A stretch of 64,000 bases of DNA, from NCBI GenBank assembly GCA_963819785.1, contig CAWFXW010000024.1, positions 87,559-151,558 of the forward strand, in the 5' to 3' direction. The notes beneath the pieces were generated by a model. The model saw only the letters and a program-made list of their open reading frames with translations. It searched no databases and was not told the origin of the DNA. Of the stretch, positions 43,598-52,697 are shown piece after piece. Numbering within the stretch: the first letter of the stretch is position 1; each line of letters opens with the position of its first letter. Source of the DNA: an uncultured Actinomycetes bacterium (GTDB lineage: Bacteria; Actinomycetota; Actinomycetes; Streptosporangiales; Streptosporangiaceae). Made by a program: the position numbers and the translations under genes.

Positions 43598-45790
43598 GTG
43601 GTCCTGCGCATTGTCGTCGGCCTGGCGCTGACCGCGGTGGCGTTCGCGGTGGCCGGGCGCCGTCTGTGGTGGCTCAAGCGGCTGGCGTTCAGCGGGCAGC
43701 CCGCCCCCGACCGGATCGAGGCGGCGCGGGCCCACCTGGGCCGGGACCTGGAGACGCAGGCCACCGAGGTCATCGGGCAGCGCAAGCTGCTGAAGTGGTC
43801 GGTACCGGGCGCGGCGCACGCGGCCACGTTCTGGGGCTTCATCGTGCTGTTCCTGACCATCATCGAGGCCTACGGGGACCTGTTCTCCCGGACCTTCGCC
43901 ATCCCGGGCATCGGCCACTGGGCTGCCATCGGGTTCATCGAGGACCTGTTCAGCGTCGGCGTGCTGGCCGGCATCATCACGTTCACCGTGATCCGGATCC
44001 GGAACAACCCGCACAAGGAAGGCCGCAGGTCCCGGTTCTTCGGCTCGCACACCCGCGCCGCCTGGGTCGTGCTGTGCATGATCGCCGCGGTCATCGTGAC
44101 GCTGCTGCTGTACCGCGGCGCGCAGGAGAACACGGGCGTCTTCCCCTACCCGCACGCCTGGGCGTTCGCGTCGTGGGTCGTCGCGCAGATCCTGCACCCG
44201 CTCGGCACCGGGGTGAACAGCGTGCTCGAAGCTACCTTCATCCTGGCCCAGCTCGGCGTGATCATGGCCTTCTCGGTCATCGTGGTCTACTCCAAGCACC
44301 TGCACATCGCGCTGGCCCCGCTGAACGTCCTGTTCTCCCGCCGCCCGAACGCCCTGGGCGCGCTGGAGCCGATGCGGTCCAACGGCAAGGTGCTCGACTT
44401 CGAGGAGGCCGACCCGGACACCGACGTGTTCGGCCGGGGCAAGATCGAGGACTTCACCTGGAAGGGCCTGCTGGACATGGCGACCTGCACCGAGTGCGGG
44501 CGGTGCCAGTCGCAGTGCCCGGCCTGGGTCACCGGGAAGCCGCTGTCCCCGAAGCAGGTCATCCTGGACCTGCGCGACCACGCCTTCGCCAAGGCGCCGT
44601 ACCTGCTCGCGGACAGCGACGAGGCCCGCGACAAGCTTCCGGACGCCGTCAAGCAGGAGGCCGAACGCCCCCTGGTCGGCAAGGACGGCGGCGTCATCGA
44701 CCCGGACGTGCTCTGGTCCTGCACCAACTGCGGCGCGTGCGTGGAGGAGTGCCCGGTCGACATCGAGCACGTCGACCACATCGACGGCATGCGCCGCTAC
44801 CAGGTCCTGATCGAGTCCGCGTTCCCGGTCGAGGCCGCGGGCATGCTGAAGAACCTGGAGAACAAGGGCGACCCGTGGGGGATGGGCGAGGCCCGCCGCG
44901 CCGAGTGGATGACCGATCTGGACTTCGAGATCCCGGTCGCGGACGGCAAGCTCGACCCGGATGTGGAGTACCTGTTCTGGGTCGGCTGCGCCGGCGCCCT
45001 CGAGGACCGGGCCAAGAAGACGACCAAGGCCATCGCCACCCTGCTGCACCAGGCCGGGGTCAAGTTCGCGGTGCTCGGCCCGGCCGAGACCTGCACCGGC
45101 GACCCGGCCCGCCGGATCGGGAACGAGTTCGTGTTCTCCATGCTGGCCCAGCAGAACATCGAGACCCTCAACGAGGCCGCGCCGCGCACGATCGTGGCCA
45201 GCTGCCCGCACTGCTTCAACACCATCGCCAACGAGTACCCCCAGTTCGGCGGGAACTACGAGGTCATCCACCACACCCAGCTGCTGGCCCGCCTGGTCGA
45301 GCGGGGCAAGCTCACCCCGGCGACACGCATCGAGGAGAAGCTGACCTACCACGACCCGTGCTTCCTGGGCCGGCACAACAAGATCTACACCCCGCCCCGC
45401 GAGATCCTGGAGGCCGTCCCCGGCATCCAGGCCGAGGAGATGCACCGCTGCAAGAACCGCGGCTTCTGCTGCGGCGCCGGCGGCGCCCGGATGTGGATGG
45501 AGGAGCGGATCGGCAAGCGGATCAACACCGAGCGGATCGACGAGGCCCTGGCGCTGAACCCGGACACGATCTCCACCGCCTGCCCGTACTGCCTGGTCAT
45601 GCTCGGTGACGCGGTGGCCGCCAAGAAGGCCTCCGGCGAGGCCAAGGACACCCTGGAGGTCGTCGACGTCGCACAGCTCCTGTCCCGCTCGGTCGCTCAG
45701 CCCGAGACCAGGCCGGCCACTTCAGATTTATCCGAACGGCCAGTGGTGCCCGCCCCGCCGAATAGCGCGGGCTCCCCGGGGCATGACTAG
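43598..45790 (+). CDS. Membrane-anchored (Fe-S)-binding reductase, HdrD/DsrK-like with CCG domains
   Basis: N-terminal TM helices, two 4Fe-4S motifs (CTECGRCQSQCP, CTNCGACVEECP) and CCG-type cysteines (CPHCFNT, CPYCLVML). AGGAGG precedes the GTG start. Confidence 0.88.
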   Translation: MVLRIVVGLALTAVAFAVAGRRLWWLKRLAFSGQPAPDRIEAARAHLGRDLETQATEVIGQRKLLKWSVPGAAHAATFWGFIVLFLTIIEAYGDLFSRTFAIPGIGHWAAIGFIEDLFSVGVLAGIITFTVIRIRNNPHKEGRRSRFFGSHTRAAWVVLCMIAAVIVTLLLYRGAQENTGVFPYPHAWAFASWVVAQILHPLGTGVNSVLEATFILAQLGVIMAFSVIVVYSKHLHIALAPLNVLFSRRPNALGALEPMRSNGKVLDFEEADPDTDVFGRGKIEDFTWKGLLDMATCTECGRCQSQCPAWVTGKPLSPKQVILDLRDHAFAKAPYLLADSDEARDKLPDAVKQEAERPLVGKDGGVIDPDVLWSCTNCGACVEECPVDIEHVDHIDGMRRYQVLIESAFPVEAAGMLKNLENKGDPWGMGEARRAEWMTDLDFEIPVADGKLDPDVEYLFWVGCAGALEDRAKKTTKAIATLLHQAGVKFAVLGPAETCTGDPARRIGNEFVFSMLAQQNIETLNEAAPRTIVASCPHCFNTIANEYPQFGGNYEVIHHTQLLARLVERGKLTPATRIEEKLTYHDPCFLGRHNKIYTPPREILEAVPGIQAEEMHRCKNRGFCCGAGGARMWMEERIGKRINTERIDEALALNPDTISTACPYCLVMLGDAVAAKKASGEAKDTLEVVDVAQLLSRSVAQPETRPATSDLSERPVVPAPPNSAGSPGHD

Positions 45791-46176
45791 CCCGCCTCCC
45801 CGAGCGTGATCCGCCCGGTGCCCAGGCACGGCGAGCAGGCCGCGTCGGCCCAGATCCCCGCGCCCGCGCATCGCTCGCACGCGGCGAGGGCACCGAACCG
45901 GATATCCCGGTACCGCCGACCGAGGCCGCCGAACGCCTTGGTGATCTGCCAGCCCCGCCAGTAGGCCTCGGCGTCGTTCATCGCGAACCACCGGTCACCC
46001 CAGCGCCGGATGAAGAAGGCCACCCAGTCCAGCGTCACGCCCGCCGCGAGCGCGAGCCCGTCCCGGAGCCGGCTCCCCGCCGAGCGGCCGCCCGCACCGT
46101 CCCTGACCAGCACCGCGGCGGGCAGCCGCGGCCGCGCGGGGTTGTCAATGGTTGCGGAATTGCTAATGTTGATCAC
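45787..46176 (-). CDS. Hypothetical protein with a C-terminal double CxxCxGxG zinc-finger
   Basis: CERCAGAGIWADAACSPCLGTGRI at the C-terminus. GTG 46176 is suggested as the start; the ORF-track N-terminus up to 46329 is Arg-rich junk. Confidence 0.5.
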   Translation of the reverse strand: MINISNSATIDNPARPRLPAAVLVRDGAGGRSAGSRLRDGLALAAGVTLDWVAFFIRRWGDRWFAMNDAEAYWRGWQITKAFGGLGRRYRDIRFGALAACERCAGAGIWADAACSPCLGTGRITLGEAG

Positions 46177-46689
46177 ATCGCTAGCCCTTCTGGCTCGGTC
46201 CAGAGCCTGGGTGGTGTCCCGTCGGGTCGGTGTTGCAGCACCGGCCCGCCGGTGTTTCCGGGCTATCGCGCAGCGGGTAACCGGCGGCAGCCCGGATCGT
46301 TGTCGTGCCGGCCGCGGATGTCGTGCCACGGCCCGTGCGCATGCGCACCTGGGAAGCGAGAGCGGTCCTCGCGGGCTAAGGGAAATGGCAGTGGCTCCCC
46401 TCCTCGCGCACCTAGCCGCCCTGGGCCGGCCGAGTTCTCTCGTCCGGCGCGCCCCCTTTGAGCTGGCACGCGATCTTTACTTCGGTAACCATCGGGTCAC
46501 CGTCGACCCCGTTGTCGGCGGGTCGCTTGAGGATGCATCCTGCGATCTGCTTTTATAGTGCATCTAGCAATGCCGCATGGCAAGTGCCAGATTCGAATGC
46601 ATCATGCATGTATGATCTGCACAGTCGGAATGATCGGGACCTTTGAGGCAACATCCGCTAGGCATTCCCGAGGAAGGAAGCGACCACAG

Positions 46690-47547
46690 GTGCCAGAAGT
46701 GCGCAGCCCGGCGCTTCAGCGCCGGGAACTAGGCGCTCTGCTCCGCGCGCTTCGCAACGAAAAAGGCCTGACGGTCGAGCAGGTGGCCGAGCGCCTCCTG
46801 TGTTCCCCGAGCAAGGTGAGCCGGATGGAAACCGGCCATGGTGCTACCGCCCGGGACGTCCGCGACCTCTGCAACCTCTACGAGGTAACCGATGAGGCCG
46901 AACGCGACCGTCTGATGACCCTGGCCACGGAAGGCAAGCGCCCTGCCCGCTGGCAGCGCTACGACCTGGCCTACGCCAGGTACGCCGATCTGGAACAGGA
47001 GGCCCTGGCCATCTCCGCCTTCCAGTCGTCTGTAGTGCACGGCCTCCTGCACACCGCGGACTACGCCCGCGCCCAGCATGAAGGGTCCATGCCGCGGCTC
47101 GATCCAGGCCAGATCGACCTGCAGATCGAGGCCAAGCTCGCCCGGCAGTGCATCCTCACGCAAGCCAGCCCGCCCGCTTTCGCCGTGGTGCTGGACGAGG
47201 CGGCGCTGCACCGGCTGGTGGGCGGGCGTCAGGTCATGGCCGCCCAGCTGGCCAAGATCCTGGACATGTCGGCCCTGCCGAACGTAAAAGTGCAGATCCT
47301 GCCATTCGAACTGGGCGTACACCCCGCGCTGGAGAGCAACTTCACGGTCTTGGAGCTGCCCGAACCGGCCCCTGGTGTAGTGTTCGTCGAGGGAATGATC
47401 GGGTCGACCTATCTAGACCGTCCCGAAGATCTGAAAAGATATCACGTCGTTTTCAATAAGCTGCAATCCATAGCGCTGAGTCCACAAGATACCGGTGACT
47501 TGATTGCACAATTTCTCCGGCTTTATAAAGACGGTGTGAACGTTTAA
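46690..47547 (+). CDS. XRE-family HTH + DUF5753 regulator (WhiJ-like)
   Basis: HTH (LRALRNEKGLTVEQVAERLLCSPSKVSRMETG) plus a DUF5753-like C-domain. GTG 46690 sits behind GGAAGGAAG. The ORF-track start at 46558 lies in AT-rich promoter-like DNA. Confidence 0.85.
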   Translation: MPEVRSPALQRRELGALLRALRNEKGLTVEQVAERLLCSPSKVSRMETGHGATARDVRDLCNLYEVTDEAERDRLMTLATEGKRPARWQRYDLAYARYADLEQEALAISAFQSSVVHGLLHTADYARAQHEGSMPRLDPGQIDLQIEAKLARQCILTQASPPAFAVVLDEAALHRLVGGRQVMAAQLAKILDMSALPNVKVQILPFELGVHPALESNFTVLELPEPAPGVVFVEGMIGSTYLDRPEDLKRYHVVFNKLQSIALSPQDTGDLIAQFLRLYKDGVNV

Positions 47548-47641
47548 TAGAAAACCTTATAGATCCCATTCCGATCCTGCCGGTAGTCAGTCAACAGCGC
47601 AAGTAGTCGCAGGACCTTCTTTTAGAGATCAGGGGAGTCTG

Positions 47642-47860
47642 ATGTTCCTCAGCAACCTGGAAGCCAGCGGCCTTCAGTGGCGGAAAGCTAGACGCAGTTC
47701 TAATAACGGCGCTTGTGTGGAGGTGGCTCCAGTAAGCGGGCACATCCTTATCCGTGATTCTAAGGACAGCAACGGTCCCGTGCTAGGGTATTCAGAAAGT
47801 TCCTGGCACGTGTTCGTTACGGGAGCTAGAAATGGCCTATTTGATCCAGACTATTTCTGA
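47642..47860 (+). CDS. DUF397 (BldB-like) small protein
   Basis: WRKARRSSNNGACVEVA...IRDSKD signature, with AGGGGAG as the RBS. Confidence 0.88.
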   Translation: MFLSNLEASGLQWRKARRSSNNGACVEVAPVSGHILIRDSKDSNGPVLGYSESSWHVFVTGARNGLFDPDYF

Positions 47861-47880
47861 CGTCGGCAGTCGCCAATAAA

Positions 47881-48039
47881 TTAACTATCCTTGGGTGGCA
47901 GTTGGCCACGATGCAAGGCTCGCGGCAGATTCTCGTCGAGAACGGGAATCTTGCGCGAGCAGCGGCCGACGAAGAAGCCGAATACGCCTACGATGAATGA
48001 ACAGCCGGGCACGAGAGCCGCGAAAATTGCGATAGCCAT
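47881..48039 (-). CDS. Candidate 52-aa single-TM micro-protein
   Basis: My own translation: MAIAIFAALVPGCSFIVGVFGFFVGRCSRKIPVLDENLPRALHRGQLPPKDS. A GAAGGTG lies upstream. It falls below the ORF-track length cut-off. Confidence 0.3.
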   Translation of the reverse strand: MAIAIFAALVPGCSFIVGVFGFFVGRCSRKIPVLDENLPRALHRGQLPPKDS

Positions 48040-48184
48040 GACATGCACCTTCGTCTCGGAGGGTGATCTCAGCCAACCGCGCAGACGTCGTGTCCGGTAG
48101 GAGAGCGGACGACTCCTGTCAACGCTTCGCCGCTAGCCGTACACTCGGAGACAGCAGCGGACACTTGCGGACAGGAACGCGGGC

Positions 48185-49237
48185 GTGGACGACGTGCCGT
48201 CTACCGAGGATCTCGATCTCGCGTCGGTGACCACTCAGGGCGAACTGGCCGAGTTCTTGCGGATCGTTCACGTCAGAGCCGACCGGCCGTCACTCCGCGC
48301 TTTGGAGGCACGGACCCGGCACGGCTCTGATCCGCTCTCCAAAACAGTTCTCTCGGAGATGCTCAAGGGCCAACGGTTTCCCAGGAGGGCCGTTATGCTC
48401 AGCTTTCTCCGAGCCTGCGGAGTACCCGCTGACGACGAGGCCCGGTGGTCACGCGCCTGGGAGAGGATCGCCGACCCAAGTCGAGGCTTTGGGCTTTCCC
48501 CGATCGGAACTGCCATCGCTCAGCCGACGGCCGATATCGTGAATGCCGATATCGAACTGCTCCTTGGTCAAATCGATAGGCTTGACGCGGATAACAGGCG
48601 GCTCCGCCTGCAACTTGCGAAGCAATCGACCTGGTGGCGGTCTTATAACCTTAGCTACGAGATCTTGGTCGGCCTGGAGGCCGACGCTCTGGTCATCTCT
48701 GCCTTCCAGTCATCGGTGGTTCACGGCCTGCTGCAAACCGCGGAGTACGCACGGGCCGGCCACGAGGGCGCCATACCCAGATTCAGCCCGGAGCGGATCG
48801 AGACGCAGATCGAAGCCAAGCTCATCCGGCAGACAATCCTGGAGCGCGACAACCCGCCCCGGCTGGCCGTGGTGCTGGATGAGGCCGCCTTGCACCGGAT
48901 GGTCGGTGGGCGCCTGGTCATGGCGGCTCAACTAGTCAAGGTCCTGAGGATGTCTGCGCTGCCGAACGTCGTCATCCAGGTTCTTCCGTTTGAACGGGGT
49001 GAACACCCGGGTCTTGAGACCAACTTCACTATCCTCGAATTGCCGGACCCAGCCCATGACGTGGTGTATGCAGAAGGGCTTATGGGTCCCATCTACCTGA
49101 AGGAACCGGATGATCTCAAGAGGTCTCACGAGGTGTTCAGGAGACTGCAATCGATCGCACTGAACCCAAGAGATACCGCTGACTGGATTAGTCGGAAGCA
49201 ACGAGAGATAATGGGAGGTTTCGGTGGCACTATCTAA
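48185..49237 (+). CDS. DUF5753 regulator with an alternative N-terminal HTH-like domain and a coiled coil (WhiJ-like paralogue)
   Basis: The C-terminal 200 aa are about 65% identical by eye to 46690-47547. The N-terminus (GELAEFLRIVHVRADRPSLRALEARTRHG...LSEMLKGQRFP) differs, followed by DRLDADNRRLRLQLAKQ. Confidence 0.8.
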   Translation: MDDVPSTEDLDLASVTTQGELAEFLRIVHVRADRPSLRALEARTRHGSDPLSKTVLSEMLKGQRFPRRAVMLSFLRACGVPADDEARWSRAWERIADPSRGFGLSPIGTAIAQPTADIVNADIELLLGQIDRLDADNRRLRLQLAKQSTWWRSYNLSYEILVGLEADALVISAFQSSVVHGLLQTAEYARAGHEGAIPRFSPERIETQIEAKLIRQTILERDNPPRLAVVLDEAALHRMVGGRLVMAAQLVKVLRMSALPNVVIQVLPFERGEHPGLETNFTILELPDPAHDVVYAEGLMGPIYLKEPDDLKRSHEVFRRLQSIALNPRDTADWISRKQREIMGGFGGTI

Positions 49238-49451
49238 TCAGATGGCTAGCGAGTACCACTGGCGAAAGGCCAAGCGTAGCGCCAACGACGGGGCATGTGT
49301 AGAAGCGGCGGCCGTAAACGGTCTGGTTGCTGTCCGCGATTCCAAGGATCCTGCGGGCTCTTGGCTACGTTATCCAGTGCGATCATGGCACGACTTCACC
49401 ACGAGCCTCAAGACCAAGGAAGGCTTACCCGCTCAGACCTTGGCGCGATAG
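49224..49451 (+). CDS. DUF397 (BldB-like) small protein
   Basis: [30 protein letters not shown]. It overlaps the upstream regulator by 14 nt and the convergent dcd by 19 nt. Confidence 0.85.
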   Translation: MALSNQMASEYHWRKAKRSANDGACVEAAAVNGLVAVRDSKDPAGSWLRYPVRSWHDFTTSLKTKEGLPAQTLAR

Positions 49452-50008
49452 AAGTTCAGGTAGGAACGCGACGGCGTTGGGCCGCGCTGGTCTTGGTACC
49501 TGGAATTATAAACAGGCGAGCCATAAGGATGCTCGGCAGGCGAACTGGTCCTAAACAAACACAGCTGGCCTATCTTCATACCAGGCCACAGCTTGATCGG
49601 CAACGTCGCCACGTTAGAGAGCTCGAGGGTCACGTGGCCGGAAAACCCTGGGTCGATCCAGCCCGCCGTTGAGTGCGTGAGCAGACCCAGCCTGCCCAAA
49701 GAGCTCTTACCCTCGAGGCGCCCTGCCACATCGTCGGGCAGCGTGATGACCTCGAAGGTCGACGCGAGGACGAACTCGCTGGGGTGCAGGACGAATGGAT
49801 CCTCGCCCTCGGTCTCGACCAGTCGGGTCAGGTCCGGCTGTTCCACCGCGGGGTCGATGTGCGGGTAGCGGTGGTTCTCGAAGACTCGGAAGTACCGGTC
49901 CAGCCGGACGTCGATGCTGGACGGCTGGATCAGCTCAGGCTCGTACGGATCGAGCTTGACCCGCCCGGACTTGATCTCGGCCTTGATGTCACGATCGGAG
50001 AGGAGCAC
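49433..50008 (-). CDS. dcd: dCTP deaminase
   Basis: MLLSDRDIK...[10 protein letters not shown]...GWIDPGFSG. Full length at 191 aa. Confidence 0.93.
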   Translation of the reverse strand: MLLSDRDIKAEIKSGRVKLDPYEPELIQPSSIDVRLDRYFRVFENHRYPHIDPAVEQPDLTRLVETEGEDPFVLHPSEFVLASTFEVITLPDDVAGRLEGKSSLGRLGLLTHSTAGWIDPGFSGHVTLELSNVATLPIKLWPGMKIGQLCLFRTSSPAEHPYGSPVYNSRYQDQRGPTPSRSYLNFYRAKV

Positions 50009-50075
50009 CCTGGCAACCTACCGGGTCCGGTACGATATCGAGGCGAACACAGCACAGGCTCGTCCGGCGGTGCAC

Positions 50076-50146
50076 GCGGGTGTAGTTCAATGGTAGAACG
50101 TCAGCTTCCCAAGCTGATAGTGCGGGTTCGATTCCCGTCACCCGCT
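50076..50146 (+). tRNA. tRNA-Gly (anticodon CCC)
   Basis: 71-nt cloverleaf with acceptor GCGGGTG/CACCCGC, anticodon loop TTCCCAA and T-arm GCGGG-TTCGATT-CCCGT. No CCA is encoded. Confidence 0.9.
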
Positions 50147-50147
50147 C
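50106..50147 (+). repeat. 42-bp direct repeat copy 1 (tRNA-Gly 3' half; attL-like)
   Basis: ttcccaagctgatagtgcgggttcgattcccgtcacccgctc, identical to 51392-51433. Confidence 0.92.
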
Positions 50148-50320
50148 AAGTGGTGAAATGCCAGGTCAGAGCCCTTTAGTGCTGCGGCCAGCCGAGTCAG
50201 CGGGATCTGTCAGACGCCTCATGAGCACCCATGGTCCGCTTCTGATCCCTTCCGCCAGCTGTTTCAGCTGGGCGAAATCGACATGCCCGGGGTCTGGCCA
50301 GGCGGCGGTCTCGGTCCGGC

Positions 50321-50689
50321 TTAGTCCCGCGTGAGGAATAGGACCTGGCCAGGCTGGATCTTGGCGAGACCGCCAAGCAGCGAGGCGAGGGCGGTTGTGA
50401 TTGCGGACGGGAAACCGCGGTTCTGCGGGAAGGTCTTGGTCGATACCAGGATCAGTCCCGCGTGGGACTGGCCGGCGGCGCGATAGCGGCCGTCCAAGGG
50501 GACGAAGTCCTTGATGTTGGCGGTGACCAAGGGCCGTCCCTCGGCCGTGGCGTACGCGAGTACCCGGTCATCGGGAAGACCGATCAGGGCCGCGTCGCCG
50601 ACAACTGAGATCACGTCGTAGCCCTTAGCGCAGAGCTGCTGGGCGATGTCGTCGGAAAACATCTCATCTAGCAACAGCCGCTGGCTCAT
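50321..50689 (-). CDS. DUF5615 (Mut7-C/PIN-like) putative toxin
   Basis: MSQRLLLDEMFSDDIAQQL...GRPLVTANIKDF matches the DUF5615 pattern. It lies 2 nt downstream of its partner gene. Confidence 0.75.
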   Translation of the reverse strand: MSQRLLLDEMFSDDIAQQLCAKGYDVISVVGDAALIGLPDDRVLAYATAEGRPLVTANIKDFVPLDGRYRAAGQSHAGLILVSTKTFPQNRGFPSAITTALASLLGGLAKIQPGQVLFLTRD

Positions 50690-50691
50690 GG

Positions 50692-51138
50692 CTACCCGGC
50701 CAGAAGCTCGCGCTCGCGCAGCCAGGCCTGCTCGGCGGCTTCCTCGGCCGCGTAGGCGGCGGCGATCTCCGCGTCGACCTCGCCGGGGTAGGCAGCCCAG
50801 TAGCGGACGGCGGTGGTCACCAGGTGCAGCGGCACCCCGGTGTTGTCGCTGACCAGGCTCACTAGGTCATCACTATTCAGTCCGGGTTCGGTTGCGTGAG
50901 CCGATTTGACCGCGCGGATGACCTCCCAGACGTCCGGCCCTCCGGCTAGGGCCGCGCGGCGCCCGGTGGGACCCGGCCGGAAGGTGACCCCGGGATGCTC
51001 GGCCATCCGCAAGGCCTCGTCAACTAGCCGGTTTGCGGCAGAGGACAACGACATGCCAGGATTCGCCGCGACGAAGGAGGCGAGCCGGTCTGCCACCGGT
51101 GGATCGAACCTGACCGGTGTTGCGGGACGCTTACTCAT
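50692..51138 (-). CDS. DUF433-like putative antitoxin
   Basis: RHH-like N-terminus (PVRFDPPVADRLASFV) and a DUF433-like core (GGPDVWEVIRAV...). The start is ambiguous (51138, 51165 or 51231). Confidence 0.6.
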   Translation of the reverse strand: MSKRPATPVRFDPPVADRLASFVAANPGMSLSSAANRLVDEALRMAEHPGVTFRPGPTGRRAALAGGPDVWEVIRAVKSAHATEPGLNSDDLVSLVSDNTGVPLHLVTTAVRYWAAYPGEVDAEIAAAYAAEEAAEQAWLRERELLAG

Positions 51139-51391
51139 GACTACATCGTAGTCGATATGAGTCATGCCAGCCCAAAACCTGCCCCCGAAGTGTAGGCCGC
51201 GCGTCACCATGTTCGGAATGCCAACCTGCAACAGGATTCTGTCGGCATCGGTCGGGACGTCCCCGTCCCTCTCACGCTCGTCTCACAGACCTGTTGGACA
51301 GGACTGGATTCGGCCGCACACATTGGACATACGCGAGGATCTGACGTGCAGGAATAGCGTGAGGCAGCACTCAGCGGACGTTCCCGCTTGA

Positions 51392-51433
51392 TTCCCAAGC
51401 TGATAGTGCGGGTTCGATTCCCGTCACCCGCTC
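51392..51433 (+). repeat. 42-bp direct repeat copy 2 (displaced tRNA-Gly 3' half; attR-like)
   Basis: A perfect copy of 50106-50147 with no tRNA 5' half upstream. Confidence 0.92.
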
Positions 51434-51890
51434 CACGGAGCTAAGGCCCAGGTCAGGGCCGGTCTTCATCGCTTGTTCCCGGAGCCCGCGAGAGCCGTTG
51501 TTGATCTTCCGTGCCATTAGCCCGCGGGGTACGCATCGCCGGCCAGGAGCGACCGGCTTCAGTGGTTCGTCTTCCACCCGGCGGCGTGAACTCGGCCCGC
51601 TGGCAGGCGTAGCTGTCCAGATGGCAACGCCAATGCTCGCCGAACGCGTCGAACTCCACGGCGTTTCCGGCCAGCCGATGGCCATGAACGGCAAGGCCTC
51701 AGGGTCGACCTGTGCCCGGAGGCGGTGGCAAGCGCGCCGGCGAGCCGGGCATGGCGGCGGTGCCACGGGGGACGCCGCCCTCCAGCTCGCTGGTGGCGGT
51801 GTACAGGTCGGCCGTATCGTTGCCGAGCTCGCCGACGCGGATGGCCCCAGAGGATGTTGTCGACCATCGCCGAGATCGAGTTGCTACCCG

Positions 51891-52367
51891 TCATTCCGGT
51901 GGCACCTGGCAGCCTTCCCCGGCGCCCGCCGCGTCTGCGGCCGGGCCACTTCCGACTCGGGCCTGACGGCCTACCGCCGCCTCGTAGGCATCGAGGGCCC
52001 GCTTGTACTGACGCCTTTTGACCTCCGGCCAGATCTGGACGAACACCACCACGACGGCACCGGTCCACAGTGCCCAGCCGAGCGTGTAGATCAGGTCGCC
52101 GACCACCAACAGAGGCTCCGTCGTCACCCAGGTTTTGAGCAGGAACCCGCCGACATGAGCGGCCAAGCCCACCACGAAGCCGGTCCCGAGGATCCAGTAC
52201 AAGGCCCGCTCCCCGGAAGCCGTCCGACGCACCAGCGTCAGGTTCTCGCCCACCCAGGCGAGCAGATAGTCACGTTCCCGCTCCCCGAGACCAAGGACGT
52301 CTTGTCCTTGAGCGCGCTCGTCAGTGGACAGGTGTGGAGTACCATTCGTTCCCGGTTCTCCGGTCAT
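51891..52367 (-). CDS. Hypothetical membrane protein (2-3 TM)
   Basis: ATG 52367 sits directly behind AGGAGG. TM stretches include YWILGTGFVVGLAAHVGGFLL and LGWALWTGAVVVVFVQIW. The rest of ORF 51891-53351 is antisense to the next gene. Confidence 0.55.
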   Translation of the reverse strand: MTGEPGTNGTPHLSTDERAQGQDVLGLGERERDYLLAWVGENLTLVRRTASGERALYWILGTGFVVGLAAHVGGFLLKTWVTTEPLLVVGDLIYTLGWALWTGAVVVVFVQIWPEVKRRQYKRALDAYEAAVGRQARVGSGPAADAAGAGEGCQVPPE

Positions 52368-52697
52368 GGCCGAACCTCCTGACAGCAAGTTCTGCACCCC
52401 GGCTCTCACTATGAGCCCCTCGGGACCGGGCTGAACAACTGGCCAGCAAAGGTCGACGCCCGGGACCGTACCGCTCCAGATCACACCACGGATCACAGGA
52501 TCGTGCCCCACACGTGCCCGATCAGGTGGTCGGTCAGGGATGTAGCGTGCCATTAACGTCGTAACGAGCGGTCTCTCACGGTCACTACCGAGGTCGATCT
52601 GGCTGACTACGCTGTCGAATCGCTCTATTGGAAGCCCCTGGCCGTTGAAACAAGATGCCGCAGCACTCCCCTCGGTGCTGGGTGCGATCATGTTGGC

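Larger units (their letters stand above)
50106..51433. mobile_element. Integrase-less tRNA-Gly-associated islet (remnant or non-autonomous integrative element) carrying a TA pair
   Basis: Bracketed by perfect 42-bp direct repeats of the tRNA 3' half. The only content is a DUF433-like/DUF5615 gene pair. Confidence 0.6.

Noticed and set aside
51453-51890. Possible frameshifted gene fragments just after the att-like repeat (for example GATGMTGSNSISAMVDNILW / IRVGELGNDTADLYTATSELEGG on the minus strand).
   Set aside because: The pieces are short and scattered over frames, and I could assign no family. This is too weak to call even as a pseudogene.
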